Positions 31,815 through 32,000 of a stretch of DNA of 32,000 bases are shown one piece after another. Source of the stretch: Candidatus Saccharimonadota bacterium (GTDB taxonomy: Bacteria; Patescibacteriota; Microgenomatia; UBA1406; GWC2-37-13); the NCBI GenBank assembly GCA_016699265.1, contig CP064967.1, forward strand, positions 150,001 through 182,000. Reading direction: 5' to 3'. The notes below the pieces were generated by a model. The model made no database searches. It was not told the DNA's origin and saw only the letters and a program-made list of their open reading frames with translations. The position numbers and the translations under genes were made by a program. Each line of letters begins with the position of its first letter. The first letter of the stretch is position 1.

Positions 31815-32000
31815 TATGAAAGTATTAATAACGGGCGGCTCAGGTTTCTTAGGCCTTCATCTCACAAGATATTTTCATAAAAAGAAGTACCAAATCTCAA
31901 TTATTGATATTCAGGAATATCCAGAGGATGAATACCCTAAAAACATTAATTTCATACATGGTGATATCAGAGATAATAAGGCTGTAGCCAAAGCGATGCG
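31815..32000 (+). CDS. NAD-dependent epimerase/dehydratase, 3'-truncated by the window edge
   Basis: The ATG at 31815 gives MKVLITGGSGFLGLHLTRYF (a GxxGxxG Rossmann motif) ...GDIRD. The ORF runs off the window and is not in the ORF track. Confidence 0.7.

Noticed and set aside
1-32000. Whether the organism uses an alternative genetic code (UGA reassignment, as in some CPR lineages).
   Set aside because: TGA terminates well-delimited genes at their expected ends (for example 12425-12427 and the trmH-like gene at 25742-25744). Conserved genes (def, ychF, pepA) contain no in-frame TGA. The standard code 11 fits.

Overview
The window is a low-GC bacterial chromosome segment. Hand-sampled lines give about 33-42% GC. 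Genes are compact and mostly lack Shine-Dalgarno motifs. My inference, not proven, is a Patescibacteria/CPR-like organism of the Microgenomates type. All calls come from reading motifs by eye; no searches were run.

Recognisable housekeeping genes:
- peptide deformylase
- ribosomal protein L28
- YchF
- an M17 leucyl aminopeptidase
- a SpoU/TrmH methyltransferase
- a NadM-like nucleotidyltransferase
- tRNA-Leu(CAA)

Envelope genes:
- GT2 and GT1 glycosyltransferases
- two large polytopic GT-C-like membrane proteins
- a PAP2 phosphatase
- a DsbB-like oxidoreductase
- an M50 protease
- an epimerase

At 1.4-5.5 kb there is a surface-protein operon. It pairs a Cys-rich dockerin-bearing secreted protein with two cohesin-like anchored proteins and an FN3 protein. 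At 13.5-16.0 kb an XRE regulator sits next to a VirD4/TraG-like ATPase.

Most unusual observations:
1. A roughly 2.9-kb island (about 20.8-23.7 kb) has about 55-60% GC. It carries three minus-strand secreted or membrane protein genes with strong SD sites. Two of them are preceded by a conserved ~130-nt upstream module whose hairpin shows compensatory base changes. This is either a foreign acquisition or a local mis-assembly.
2. Several families of short palindromic or low-complexity repeats occur in intergenic DNA and also inside conserved genes with the reading frame preserved (ychF, pepA, the trmH-like gene, a methyltransferase, a HAD gene, membrane proteins).
3. There are apparent frameshifts in a large GT-C-like gene and at the 3' end of the GT2 gene.

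No CRISPR array, rRNA, transposase or integrase was seen.
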